A DNA stretch of 64,000 nucleotides. Origin: Guillardia theta CCMP2712 (Eukaryota; Protista; Cryptophyta). Location: positions 1-64,000 of the forward strand of contig NW_005434472.1 of assembly GCF_000315625.1 (NCBI RefSeq), in the 5' to 3' direction. Positions 11,177 through 26,810 of this stretch are shown one piece after another. Made by a program: the position numbers and the translations under genes. The notes below the pieces were generated by a model, which saw only the letters and a program-made list of their open reading frames with translations, was not told where the DNA came from and ran no database searches. Each line of letters opens with the position of its first letter. The stretch's first letter is position 1.

Positions 11177-12881
11177 GATCTGGTCATGAAGGTGGCTGTG
11201 GGAACGTCAGCAGGGAAGGAGCTAGAAACCTAGAGCCCCACCTCCTGGTTTCATCTTTTCTCCGAATCACCATCAAATTTCAGCGGATGAGTCCTAATGA
11301 CAAAATGCACCCACTTGCTGCCAAATTATAAAGTTCACAGATAAAAATCAATTGTTTTTCTCTCAAGCAAGCAAATGTGTCACGAATCTTCGAAACCTGT
11401 GACAGAGTTAATGGAGAAATTCACGGTCAATGAGAACAATCCTAGTGGTACAAATAAAGATAATCTAAGTCACCATCATCAGCCATCAATGCAGCTGGAA
11501 CGTATCAAACAATCAACAGAATGCACAGGAAAAAATCACTGCAATTTTTTCACGAGTGCAAGAGCATCATCTTGATTCAATGCCAGAAAACGAGAGAGAG
11601 AAACTGTCATATGACATGTCTCCTTCTATCGAGGCTCTAGTTTCATCAGAGATCCATGCTTAAGCTCCCCAGACGGTCTACGAACAGCATGACGCCCCTC
11701 CCTCTCTCTAAGGAAAGCAAGAAAACCCGTTGCAATCTTTGTGGGTCCTACCACCCCTACCCACAAATCCCATGATTTGTAGGGGTGGGTGCGGGATGAT
11801 GTGCCCCGGGTCCGGGATCCCGGGGTCCCGGGCCCAGCCAATCCGACTCAGCTGCTTCTTACAACTAATAATAGTAGTATAAATCCGTTACAAATCATCT
11901 AGAACCGTTTCCTCTATCTGGCTGCCAGTTCAGTCAAAGGTCAAACTCACCCCCCACACCCACCCCACCCCCCAGCTACCCATTTTATGCTTCTCTAGAT
12001 CTAACCCCACCCCTCTGTCAACTTCAAAAGTTCCTCACCACGTGATCGGACCCGTTTATATCATACTGGCAGACCCACCCATAAAACTACCCCACCCCGA
12101 GTCAATGCGTATTTGTAACCATCAATTGACCTCTACCCTACCCTCATTTGCTCGCTTTGCCTCGTCACCACTACAACTCTCGCTCAGTCGAATAGCAGTG
12201 GTGGTGACCCCACCCACTTCCAGCCTTCGCACCCCACCCCGACGTGTCCTGACTTATAAGGGGTACTCCAGCTGTTCCCTAAAACTTCAACTACCGGTGG
12301 TATCGACAGAGAACAACCCTACCCCTAGGTTCACCGCTAACTCTACCCACGATTGTAGGCAAATCCTACTACACCTGACAGACCCCCACCCCCTCCTGTT
12401 CTAAGCATGCCTCACACGTTTATCCATTATACTACCCCTACCCACTATAAACCTGCCTTTGATACTACCACTACCCATAAAAATCCCTAAAAGTACCCCA
12501 GCGAATTCCGCCTAATTGGCTCCTCTCGGGTTCAGAACCCCCACCCCCACCATGAACAATGGAAAGGAGAACGTTTTGTGGTGATAACGGGGTTACAATC
12601 ACTTCCATTCTAGACCACCCTCCCATTCTCCCATTCTACACGATACAATCTGTGGGTAGATATGATTAAAAAGAAGATAACTAAACATTGCTCTATTATC
12701 GTTCAGTACTATCGTTCTCATTTCCACAAGGGGGATGGAGCGACTGCATCTTCAAGCATGTGCTTGACCTTTACCTATAAAATTTCAATATTTCATTTAC
12801 ATTTCTAAATATGCTTTGAGTTATAGAAATCAACGCTGAGACTCCCGAGCCTCGGGTGCTATCCATGGCGGCGGGAAGGCT

Positions 12882-15800
12882 ATGAAGAAGCATATTATCC
12901 TGAAGCACGCGGGCACCTCCCCCCTCCCTGCTTCTCCTCCTCTTCCTTCGTCTCCTTCATTGAACCCCAAGGAGTCTTGTGGCCTCACGGTGCATTCTCC
13001 CAGCCAGCCGGCTGGGTGGGAAACCGTCTCCGATGGATGGATTGGCTTCAAGAAACTTCGCAGATTTCTGGAACATGGAGGGAATGGCGCAGTGGTTCCC
13101 GATGGTGAAGATAATGGAACCAAAAGTCATGGACTTGTAGATAGAGTTAATTGCTCTTCACACGGAGGAGTGGTTGTCGAAAGCAAACAGACCGGGAAGC
13201 CCGAAGTCCCTGCCCTGCAAAGCGATCACAAGGCGGCAGAGAATGATGCTGAAGGTAATGATCTTCTCTCCCTCGTGTTCGCATGAACGACTTTCCTGAT
13301 TTGTTCTGCTCAGGAGCGTGTGGGCCGAAGGAACTGGCTTCTGAAAATGCGGGGAAGGTTTGGCCGAAGAATGGAGCACAAACAGAGGTCAAATCGCACG
13401 AGGATGTTGAGACTCCCCCGTCGGAGCATGCTGCTAAGGTGAAATCTTCTTGTCGACCATCTCATAGACCTGACATGTTCCCCCTTCATTTTCGATGCTT
13501 CCAGAAGGAAAGTTCAAAAGCCTCAGAAGAGCCTTTAGCTCAAGCGGACGAAGTTCGCAGTGAAGATGTGTATGTCAAGGAGGATGTGCAAGAAAAATCA
13601 ACCAGCCTTAGAGAAGACCGAAAATCTCAGAACAAGGGTGAAGAAATGGAAATGCCTGCATTGGAGGCAAAGATTGGTGGGGCGTGGTTCGACATCGAAC
13701 TTCTCGGTGTTGATCCAGACGAGGACTTGTTCCATGTTATGGGAAGGGATACGGGTGAAAAGGAATGGGTGACTTGCCAGGAGGTGAGATTGCAGTGCCA
13801 GCCATACGAGAACAAGCCTAGCGTTGGTACGACAGTCTGCTTGTTTCGGACCGCCGACAATGAACAGTTGTACTACGACGCAGTTGTTGATAGTGAGAAA
13901 AAGGACAACAAATTCTTCGTCACACTGCTTGATGGACCAGAGAAGGGTAAAAAGGTTGTTGCCAAGCTCCAAGACATCTATGAAATCAGCAGCGAAAAGC
14001 TACCTATCTCGTCATTACGATCGTGGTGCAAGGCAGTGTACAGAAAGGTTGATTCGCTACCAAAAGTTGTAAACCTCAAGAAGGGTGATTATGCCATGTT
14101 CGAAGCTCCAGGAAACGAGAACTTTCGAGTTGCTCAGCTTCGGGAGCCCTACACAGCTGAAATTCAGGAAGAGGTCGACGAGGACGAAGATGGACCTGAG
14201 ATTCGTGTTCGGTGGATGTTCACTGCGCAACAACTCAAGAAAAAGCGAAAGAAATTGCTCAAAGGGGAGGACACAGACGAACATGAGGTATTTGTTTCAG
14301 ACATGGAGTCGTTGATAGATGCCAGACTCATCGTAGATCAATGCTTCGTGAGTATTGTTGAACACCCTCCGGACACAAAGGATTGGGCCAACAATCGGTT
14401 TTTTGCCAACAGGGTTTTTGATCGTTCAGAATACAAGATAGTTTCTATTTCTGATGAATCCCTTGATCTGAAGCTAAAGAAAATCGTGAAGAGGCTTCTC
14501 TCTCGCAACAGAAAAAACGGTGATAAGGTCCACGATGCAGAGGATGGAAACGACATTGATTCGCATGAAGTCCAGAAAGAAGATTCGACCCCCGCACATC
14601 GGAAATCAAATCATTCAGATGCTTCAATTGATCATCCTTCCAAGAAGTCGCTTCCTTCCGGTGAAGAAAGCAGTGAAGATTTCACCAAGAATCCAAAGCA
14701 AGTAAAGGATAGGCTATCTAACAAAATGCCAGCTAAGGAGAATGCTGTTCAAGTTGTGGCGCACGACGATGAAAAGCGGTCTCCAAGCGAAAAGAGCCAC
14801 AACAAGGGAGATGAGAATGGTAGTCGCAAACGAAAAAGTAGTGAACTGGATGATACCGCGCGTGCTGAGAGTGAAGGGAGGTGCAAGAGTGAAACGAACA
14901 AGCGCAGTCCTAAGAAATCACATGGGATCTCGCCAGCGCAGGTGTCGGCAGATCGAAAAGTTAAGCTGGAGAAGGAGCCTCATTTGCAGAAGATAGGCAG
15001 TACTACGAAACGCGAAGATGTTGATGAGAAAAGGGACAAGACGACGACGAAGTCAGATAGTAACAACAAACGGTCTGAAAAGAATGTTGTGATGGAGCTC
15101 TCAATCCCCAAAGTGGGGTCGAAGCAATCAAAACCATCCTCAGGTGAAAATGAAAAGAGGATAACCAGCCACGAGAAGGCTTCTGGAAACAAGAAAGAAA
15201 TCAAGAGAACAGAAGAGCTTCATACCAAGAATGACAAGACATATCCCCCAAAGCACAATGCTTTAATTAACACGTCTCTAACTTCAGACATGAATTCGCA
15301 TGCAGATACACAAGCTAAGACGGGCGGCATTAGGTCGGCAGCGACAATCCAGGCAATCCAGGGAAATTCTTCAAAAAAGTCCTCCTCGGGGGGGATACAG
15401 CAAGAGCATCATAAGCAGACTGAAGGAGGCAAAGCTTGCAGTCAATCTGCAAGTTCACTTCCATCCAAGGTCGATAATGCACATGTGAAGTGCAACATCA
15501 ATAACTTGGGTCATGATGTTGAAATTTCAAAGGGGCTAGATGACGATGGAACAAGTCGCAACTTTGACGCTTTGACGAATTCCTGTGAACTAAAATTAGG
15601 ATCCCCGCGCAAAGACTCAGTTGAGATGTACGACCCAGCAGAGATCTCTGACGATCTCGACGCCACAGTTGTGAAGAAGCGTACAAGTCCAGTTTTTGAT
15701 CATGGCCAGACTGATTCTGAGTCGGGACGGAAATACGGACCGGAAACCATGTCGGACTGTCCCGCAACTGATGAAGCTGACCATCAAGAATCGCAGAACA

Positions 15801-16879
15801 CCGTGAAGGCAAGTAAGAAGCCGCTGACGACTTACCTCCCTGAGCTATCCCTCCCAGTCCTACCAGGATTGGCCGACCATGGCCATGAAAGGACACAAGA
15901 GACGAAAGAAAACGACAACTTTGAGAATCGGGGGTCTGAGAGGAAGCATTCAAAGCCCGCGGACTCTTCTTTTGGGAATGAGAAGTCCAAGAGACGCAAG
16001 ACGACGGCCCATGTGCAGTCTTTCCGCATCTCGATCCTGCAGTGCAAATGGAAGTTCATTGCGTATCAGCACGTGGATGGGGGGAAGAAGGTTGAAGATG
16101 TCAGCTTCGGAGAGGGCGAGAATGTCCATTGTGCGCTGAGCTTCCGGGACGACCGGGACAGAGCCATCTGCGATGAGCAGACCATCACAGCGGTGACTAA
16201 GACGCTTCGCTTCCTCGTCTCCGGTGCGAGCTCGACGGACCAGGATGAAGTGTTGACACCCTTGGAGACGAGCTCGTTTGGGGAGGTGTTCTGTTGTCAG
16301 GTGAACATCGGGAAGGCGGGGACGTACACCCTTCAGCCCTTCCTGGTTGACGACAAGGATGTCAGGCACCTGATTGGCTCTCCGGAAAGGGTCGTGATCA
16401 CCCCAGGGAAGGTGCCTCTGCTCTGTTCGGAAATCTCTTTGTTCGAGGTTGGACGAGGACAGAAGCTGGTCAGTCTATGCTCGCCTCCAGGCTCAGGGTC
16501 AGCCGAGCAGGTTTGCGCTGCTGGGATCGTGTCACGTGGCGCAAAGATTGAGGTTGAGATCTCGTTCAATCCAGCCCACTGTGGGGATGGAGGGAAGATA
16601 GATGAGAAGCAAGCGCAACGAGTCCTTTCGCAGCTGCAAATGCGCTGGGTCAAGCCGGTGCAACTCAAGGAGGACGTGTGGAAGGCTGGTGGCTCTGAGG
16701 GCTCGAGCGTCTGCATGGCAGCGGAGGTGGTTGAGGTAAAGCCGCAGATGCTGAGCATGACCGACTCGTCCGCCCGGGTTGCCTCGTTGCAGTTTGACAT
16801 CGTCGGATGTCATGTACTTGTAGCCAAGTTCGACGATGGGCCGAAGACCTTCCGCTTTGACTTAGCTTGTTGTGTATAA
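12882..16879 (+). CDS. Chromatin reader: SAWADEE-like tandem Tudor + BAH domain + long charged disordered region + filamin/Ig-like C-terminal domains
   Basis: 1198-aa ORF 13283-16879 joined in frame to ORF 12882 through a GT-AG intron at 13255-13313. LEAKIGGAWFDI..EWV..VRLQCQP..VGTTVCLF..EQLYYDAVV is the SAWADEE pattern. LKKGDYAMF..FRVAQL..IRVRWMF..HEVFVS..IVDQCFV..FFANRVFD is the BAH pattern. AGTYTL..HLIGSPERVVITPG is filamin-like. True start may lie further upstream. Confidence 0.75.
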
Positions 16880-16895
16880 ATAGGCAATCGAGACA

Positions 16896-19153
16896 TCATT
16901 CCTTGGTGATTGAGGGGTCGATAATGGTTGGCTTGGGCTCGGCGACGCCGCCCCGGACTGTCAAGGCTCCTAACCCCCAGGCAAGGTAGCCGACGGCCAT
17001 GTTCCTGCATGAGGAGCGAGTGAGCGGACGAGACCCGCGAGTGCGAGCGACTGACAGGCAGGCGGCGATCTGAAAGTGTACGGTCGTCTTGATGAACCTC
17101 GACACTGACCTGCCGTCAACACCAAGACAAGCCGCTCTGTCTACATCCTCCACCCTCCTGTCATCCACCCTCCCACTCCCCTTCCTTCTAACCTCCCACC
17201 TCCCTCGTTCCCACTCACTCTTCTTCTCTCCGTAGTTGAACGAGTCATGGCTGTCGCATCGTCACGCCAGGCAGCGACCGAGGAGGCTCAAGACCTGAGA
17301 GCGTCGCAGATGAAAGCCACGAGGGATCGGAGGACCTGGAGGTTCAGACCAATCAGGCACTAATGCTGAGGAAAATAACTCGAGGAGGAGGAGAGGAGGA
17401 GGAGAGGAGGAGGAGAGGATTGTAGCAGCAGCAGGGGAACGACACTGTTTTGACTAGAAACATGATGCGGGGGAAGAGAAAGGGCGTGAGACTGCGAGAC
17501 CAAAAGGAGGGAGAGGAGGAAGAGGAGGGAGAGGAGGGAGAGGGAGAGGAGGAGGAGGGTAAAAACCGTCTGTCTTGTACTGTGACCCAAGAAGTATCTC
17601 CTGACTTTGAAGTCCACATGCGAGAGCTCTTCCCTGTTCGCATCGTCACCACCGGCCTGCTTCCTCCTCGCACCCTCCGACGAGACTGACATGCTCTTCA
17701 GGTTGCGATAAAATTCTCTCCTCCCCGGCAGCGGCTTCGGGAAAATCCTTCGGAGGAGGCTGGGCCGCTCGTGGCTCGTGAGGAGGACTAGCCCTCGATA
17801 CCTCGCCTCCTTCTTCCCCTTCTGGCCCCGCCCACCTGCTGCAGAGAGTTGGAAGCAGCTACGGGTAAGCAGCAAGGAGGGCACTTGAGATCTGCTTCGT
17901 CTGCAGCGTCATGTTGCGGTCGCCTGAGCGCGGCCGTCAGGCTCGCACTGGGAGAGAGAGGAGGAGCAGACCGCAAGAAGACTGTAACCTGCCCCCAATT
18001 ACGAGCTCCTTCCACTCTCTCTCGACATCTGTTGAGTTGCACATCACAGCTCACTCCCCCCAGGTCGCCCTCGCACCTTGTCCCGCCAGTCCTATCCACG
18101 TCTTGGCTTCTTCCAGCCTCCTCTCCGACAACCTGGCGGCTTCGCTCCCCACCAGCACCTGCTCGACTGTCACCCTGCTTGCCCTCGAGGCCCGCAAAGT
18201 CGCTGGAGCTTCACCGGGTTGATCAGCGCGACCGTGCGGTGCTCGCTCTGGTTGTTTCCTGCCGCTGCGATCAAGAAAGACAACAGCAGGTGAGGAAGTG
18301 GGGTTAGGGGTGGGTGGGGGGGAAGGGAAGGTTTCAGAGGAGAGAGGGAGAGGGGTAGCGGGAGGTCAAAGGGGGGAGGGGAAAAGGGTCACCGTGAAGC
18401 CTCCACATCTCCTCCATCACTCTCATCGCCAAGTTGCTGCAGCGGACGAAAGTCAGCGAGGCAGGAGCTGCCCTCACGCGCTCCGACCTCGCGAGCTCAT
18501 TGCCGACGACGGCGATGCGCTGCTTGTCCACCGTCGAGCAGTTGGTGAGCCAGCTGCGACTGAGGGTGAGGGAGCGATCGGGTCAGAGCTTCTCACTTGT
18601 ATGCTTCCATGGCGTCGTCAAGAGCCCTCTCGCATGAGAAGCCCTCCGACGCCAGTTGCGTCCCGCTGTGCATGACCACCAGCGTGTGCACCCCTGCGTC
18701 GCTGCCAAGACGTCATGCCCGCACCAGGAGGGAGGAGGAGAGGGGACCGAAGAGCATACGCAAGGTCCTCCCAGCTGTCTACTCCCGGAGCTCCTGGCAG
18801 CAGCCTGACAAACCTCTCACTGTCAACCCGCCAGCACTCCCCTCCTACAGTGCTGCCGGTGCCACAGTTTGGGAGTGCCGGAAGGGAGGGATAAAGAGTC
18901 GAGCGAGCAAAGGCCTCTCCTGTGCCTGCTGTCACAAGGGGACACGAGGGGAGGAGGAGAACCTGTCTGATCCTGACGTTGACGAGGCTAGCATGCGAGG
19001 AGAACTGCCACCACAGTCAGCGTCCCATGCTCGTCAAATCATCCTCTCGGTCACCCTGGGCCATTCAGAGTATGCAGTGCATGTCTGCACGAGGAGAGCA
19101 ATGACAGCAAGCACTGCAACTGCTCGTCGTCTGTTGAAACTCCCGTTTGCCAT
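16896..19153 (-). CDS. Hypothetical multi-exon protein with predicted signal peptide (could be two genes)
   Basis: MANGSFNRRRAVAVLAVIALLVQTCTA signal-like start followed by many short exon-like segments; no family recognised. Confidence 0.35.
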
Positions 19154-19855
19154 CCCTCCCTCTGTCCTCCACGTTGGTCGAAGTCCCTGAGCTTGCAGTG
19201 CCTGTGACGCGCCTGATGTTCTTCGCCCTCCTTGTCTTCTTGCTTCCTCTCCCTGCCCTCGCTCTCTTCGCTCTTCACCTCTCGCCGCCTTCATCGCTCC
19301 CGACTCCTCTTTCAGCCATTGAGACGCATCCTAAGCCCTCATCCCCGCACAGATAGCAGCCTAAAGTCCGAGGCTGATCAGAACTTCGGAACTCGGAAGT
19401 CCGATCTCGGATCCTGGCAGGCTGCCGATCCAGGCCGGGGCCTAGTCCAGACGGTCCTGGAGTCTGGATCCTGGTCCGATACAGTCCGATCACCCGGCAC
19501 TGAGGCTGAGATCACCCGGCCGTGGCCGCCACCGGCGGGTCTCCTGGCACGCAGCCCTCGCAGCCCGGGTCCTGCCAAGATGGTCACTGTTAGCCTGTTC
19601 AACGTTTATCATCGCGGCCTGGGGGCGGGTCCCCGTCTGATTACCCCGGGTGACACTGGCCCAACTGATGTAGTACAGTCAGTCACCATGTCACCGAGGT
19701 TTTGGCGGGCGGCGGGGGGGCATAGTCACCGCCGGGCCGAACTCAGTACGGTGGGGCTATTAGGGCAGTCAAGTTTTCAAGTTTTAAAACACGCATGTGA
19801 CGGTACAGGCCGAGACTACTGAGGCTGTAGGGGGCTACGACAGCCGCTGAGGCTG

Positions 19856-22024
19856 CTAGATCAATTGAACGCACGACCCATCGAAGGAGCCGCTGCTGAC
19901 ATGGCAAAGCCGCTGAAGAATCGAGTCACTGACGGAGAGGCCCGAGGGAGCCTCCGAGAAAGGAGAGGGAGAGGGAGAGGGAGAGATAGAGGGAGAGGCG
20001 GGGAGAGTGAGAGGGGGGGGAGACAGAGGAAGACTTGACAGAGAGAGAGAGACAGAGAGGGGTAGAGAGGAGGGAGAGGGAGAGGGTGCCCCAGAAGTGG
20101 GCGAGGGAGTGATGGAATAGTGAGAAAGTGTCGCCATCGGCATGTCGTTACCCGCTCGCCGGGCGACTGTCAAGCCCTCGGAAGTCGTTGACTCGCTTGG
20201 TTCACCCGCATCAACAGCGACAGCAGCAGAGTCATAACCTACCTGAAACTCGTTGCGGAAGGAAGCCTCTCGCGCCTCAGCCTCCAGCCTCATCGCACGC
20301 TCAGCCCGCAGCTCCTCCTGTCACCCCGGGGCCACGTCAGCTGAGAGCGAGCTGGGCCTTCGGCGAGCTCACTTGAGCCCGCATGAGCTCCATCTCGAGG
20401 TATCGCTTCTCCTCCTCCGCGCGCCTCTTGATCTATGGGTGGCCGTTAGTTCTGAGGACTGGCAAGCCTCCCCCTACTTCATTCAGGTACTCCATGCGAG
20501 CCCTTTCGTTGTCCTGTGAAGCATAGCAGGTCACCTCCTTCCCCCGCCTCCTCGCCCCCGCGAGCCCACACCTGAATCTGATGCTCGCTCTCCCGCTGCC
20601 ACTCAGTCCGCCTCTGAGCCTCGGCGAGGCGAGCCTGCAGTTGTGGTCAGGAACAGCTCAACTCACCGTCAGCGAGTGGGGTCAGTAGGTGCAGAGGGGA
20701 GAAAGAGGGCGAAAACCTCAAGGGAACGGCGGTATCTCTCAGCCTGAAGCATCTGCTGCTCCACCTCTCTCTTCTCGTCATCCTGCAGGCATTTCCTTCA
20801 GGCGCTCGGTCGCTCCCAGGGCTCGTAGTCACTTTCTCGCGGTTGATGTTCTCGATCTCCTTGATCCTCGCATCTTGATCGACCTCGTTCTTGTCGTACT
20901 GCTCTCGCATGCTGCAAGGCCGCCACGTCATCACTCTGCTCTCAAGGCCATCAGCACGAGGGTTGCCTGGAAAGTTCCTGTCGGTTCCGCATGATCGTCG
21001 ACTCGGCCATCCTCAACGCCGATCTCAGCCATTCGTTCTGCATTGCACCAGGTCAATCCTCCACATCCGACATGTGTCCGGCAACAAACCTCCTCTTGTA
21101 ATGCCCTCTGCGGAGTCTGATCGACCTGCACGGGCTGCGGCGGAGGCATCTGGGCCAGAGGTCAGTCGCCGCTAAACCCCTCACAGTCTCCTCGACAACG
21201 TTGGCGAACATCTCTGCCGACCATGAGGTGCCGAGCATGTATCTGAGACGAGTGAGACGAGGAGGAGGAAGGGGCGAGAGGCTCTGACCTGTTCAAGGTG
21301 GGGATCCGATTGCCTGCGGAGGATACATGAAAGGTCAGTAGCACGCAGCCAGGACAGCAGCTTCCGGAGACCTGAGGCATATAGGGAGACTCCAGCTGGA
21401 GGAGCCTGGGAAGAACCACCTCCCTGGAGAGCATCGAAGTAGTCTACCAAGAGCATCCTCAGCAAGCAAACCCTCACAGCTCGAGGAGGAGGGCAAGACC
21501 TGGGGTCCCGCGAATCAGGTCGAGGTCGTAGACTTCTCCCGATGATGGGTTCCTGACAGGTTGATGATGAGGAAGGCAGCGGGCAACCATGGTGAGGATG
21601 CGGGAGCTGACCTGAAGGTGACGCGAACAGCGGAACCCTGCTCTCCGATGATGAGGTGCCGCATCTCGGTCACACCGACGCCTGTCCACGCAGCCTCCAC
21701 ACGTCAAGTCGTCACAGGCCTGTCCTCGCCCCTACCCGTGACGTCGCTTCCTCCGACTCGGAGGATCTGGCCGAGCGTGTCAATCGAACGCAGACCATGA
21801 AGGGATGCCGGCGAGTCACCTGATCTCCGACCTTCACCTTCCCTGCCCTGTCGGCTGAACCACGGGGCACGACCTGCTTGACTGTCACCACCTTGGATTC
21901 CTCCTGCTCTCCCAGTAACAGTCCGACTCCCGCTTGCTCTGCGGGGCATGAATCAAGAAGCCTGCAGCACGGAGAAGCACGCACTTGAAGCAGAAAGAGC
22001 ACGGTTGAAGCCAGTCATCGCCAT
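19856..22024 (-). CDS. PDZ-domain coiled-coil protein, multi-exon
   Basis: AGVGLLL..VVTVKQVVPRGSADRAGKVKVGDQ|ILRVGGSDV..|VTEMRHLIIGEQGSAVRVTF is a PDZ domain; downstream exons are E/R/K-rich coiled coil (REQYDKNEVDQDARIKEIENINREK; MRLEAEAREASFRNE). Confidence 0.65.
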
Positions 22025-22915
22025 GACTTGTGGTTGTTGGAGCGTCAATCAGAGAACGAGGCTTCAACCTGCGATGAATCAACGCCATGCAGGTTCAAGG
22101 TGCGATGTGCTTGAAAAGTTCCCGGCACCCACAAACTTGACAGTGAGTGAAAGCTAGACCCGCTGCTCAACTCCCTAACTCAGGCTCCCCCTTGGACATC
22201 TGCTACATCCTCATGGATGACTCACTGATTGGGTCCAATACTATTGAGTACAGTCTGCTCCTGCCGCACAAGGACTGCTCCTCGTGGACGCACTCGTAGT
22301 GCTGCCACCCGGCGGCTGCGCCTGACAGTCGCAGGGGAGCTGCCGCAGCTCTACTAGTACCATACTCGGGCTCAGTCAAGTGCCGCACGGCCTCGCCGTC
22401 GCTCCTGCGGCATTGCCCGCCCATCCTCTCATCCGTCATCGAGTTCAAACCACCCTACCCCTCCCCCCCTCCGGTCAAACTCGACCCTACGGCGTTGACC
22501 CGAGGGCCGGGCCCGGAGTCGGGCCGGCCCGATCGGACCGAAGCTGTCCGATCACTGAGTTCTGCTAGGATCTGTCAAGGCTTCTTCCGTGCTCGCCTCA
22601 GAGACAAGCACGTGAACTCTTGCTGCCAGCCCCCACCCCCACATTGATCACTACCCTACCCTCTTTGTGGATTGGGTGGATCCACCCCTACCTCAGACAT
22701 GGGGAACCCCCCTTCAATCACCATAGGTACCCCGTTTTGGTTTCTCAGCAGGTAGGGTACCCTCCAATCTACCAATGTGATGCCACCCTACCCCCACCTT
22801 CGGAATTGTCATGGCTACCTCACCCTCGAATTATTCTATTAGAGGTACCCACCCCTACTGTCTTCGTACCCCTCCAGGGTACTAATAATTCTGGATACTA
22901 CCCCTACCCCCATGA

Positions 22916-25710
<2,795 letters not shown>

Positions 25711-26222
25711 CTCTAGTGGGACTGTGACAGCCGTTGGTTTCCTTGTTGGACTCTTTTCCTGTAATGAATGCAATGATATATCGTAATTGCTGGTCTCGAG
25801 GTATAATCAGCGCATGGTCACTGATAAGTTGGAAATTCACTGAACCGTCACCATCACCATACTCCGCGGCGGCCGAGCAGTCGGCTGGCTACTGTCCGAT
25901 CAGTTCCACTGGCACTGCGAAGAATCACTGAGCTCCCGAGTCCCGAGATCACAGTCACTGAGTCACTGAGACTCGATGATGATCACAGGCTGTCACAAGT
26001 GCCGCGCAGTGCACTCAAGACAACTAATGGCACGGCGACAGAAGAGACGACGTTGAACTTGCTTGTCGGAAACGATAAAAGAAAAGCTGAGGTGGTTCTT
26101 CAGCAGCCTGCCCCCAGCCTGCCAGTGAAAGCAATAGAAGAGCCACGGCGAGAATGGTTGACATAAAAAGATTAGCTCGGGAGGCTGAGGGGTCCCCTCA
26201 TGTGGGAGGGGTGGAGACTTGC

Positions 26223-26294
26223 TTCCTCAACGGGGAATCGAACCCCGGTCTCCAGGGTGAGAACCTGGTATCCTAACCGCTAGACGATTGAGGA
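26223..26294 (-). tRNA. tRNA-Glu (CTC)
   Basis: Exact reverse complement of 26681-26752. Confidence 0.95.
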
Positions 26295-26680
26295 CTTCCC
26301 GATCTGTTGGGCAGGACCCTCCTAGGGTTGATATCCCCTGTGCCTCTCATGCATACCCCCACCCCTCATTTTCCCTCTCGCTACCCCTTTGTTTAGCGTG
26401 TTGTGCGTTGGCCACTCGATGTTCGCCGTATACTACCCCACCCATCTTGTCAGAGTAAGAATCCACCACCCCTAGTCCTGGACCACCCCCTCCCCATCGA
26501 TCAATGCGCGGATGGAAAGAACCCGAGGCGGGTCGTGCAGGGAATCGAGGTCACAGAGCCGCGAGAAGGACCGTGTGGTGCAATCAGGGGGTAGTGCTGC
26601 TAAGAATGAGGGGTGGGGGTATGCATGAGAGGCACAGGGGATATCAACCCTAGGAGGGTCCTGCCCAACAGATCGGGAAG

Positions 26681-26752
26681 TCCTCAATCGTCTAGCGGTT
26701 AGGATACCAGGTTCTCACCCTGGAGACCGGGGTTCGATTCCCCGTTGAGGAA
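26681..26752 (+). tRNA. tRNA-Glu (CTC)
   Basis: Acceptor stem TCCTCAA/TTGAGGA, D-arm TAGCGGTTAGG, anticodon arm CCAGG-TTCTCAC-CCTGG, T-loop GGTTCGATTCC. Confidence 0.95.
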
Positions 26753-26805
26753 GCAAGTCTCCACCCCTCCCATACGAGGGGACCCCTCAACCTCCCGAGC
26801 TAATC

Positions 26806-26810
26806 TTTTT
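26806..26810 (+). terminator. Pol III oligo-T terminator of tRNA-Glu (mirror copy at 26165-26169 on minus strand)
   Basis: First T5 run downstream of the tRNA. Confidence 0.6.

Larger units (their letters stand above)
26165..26810. repeat. 206-bp inverted duplication (26165-26370 / 26605-26810) carrying the two tRNA genes; 234-bp spacer
   Basis: Arms compared by eye: about 3 mismatches, all in the 3' trailer; both outer ends are the T5 run. Confidence 0.92.

Noticed and set aside
26165-26810. Inverted arms as transposon TIRs or a SINE
   Set aside because: Arms are intact tRNA genes with flanks; no transposase, TSD or poly-A tail
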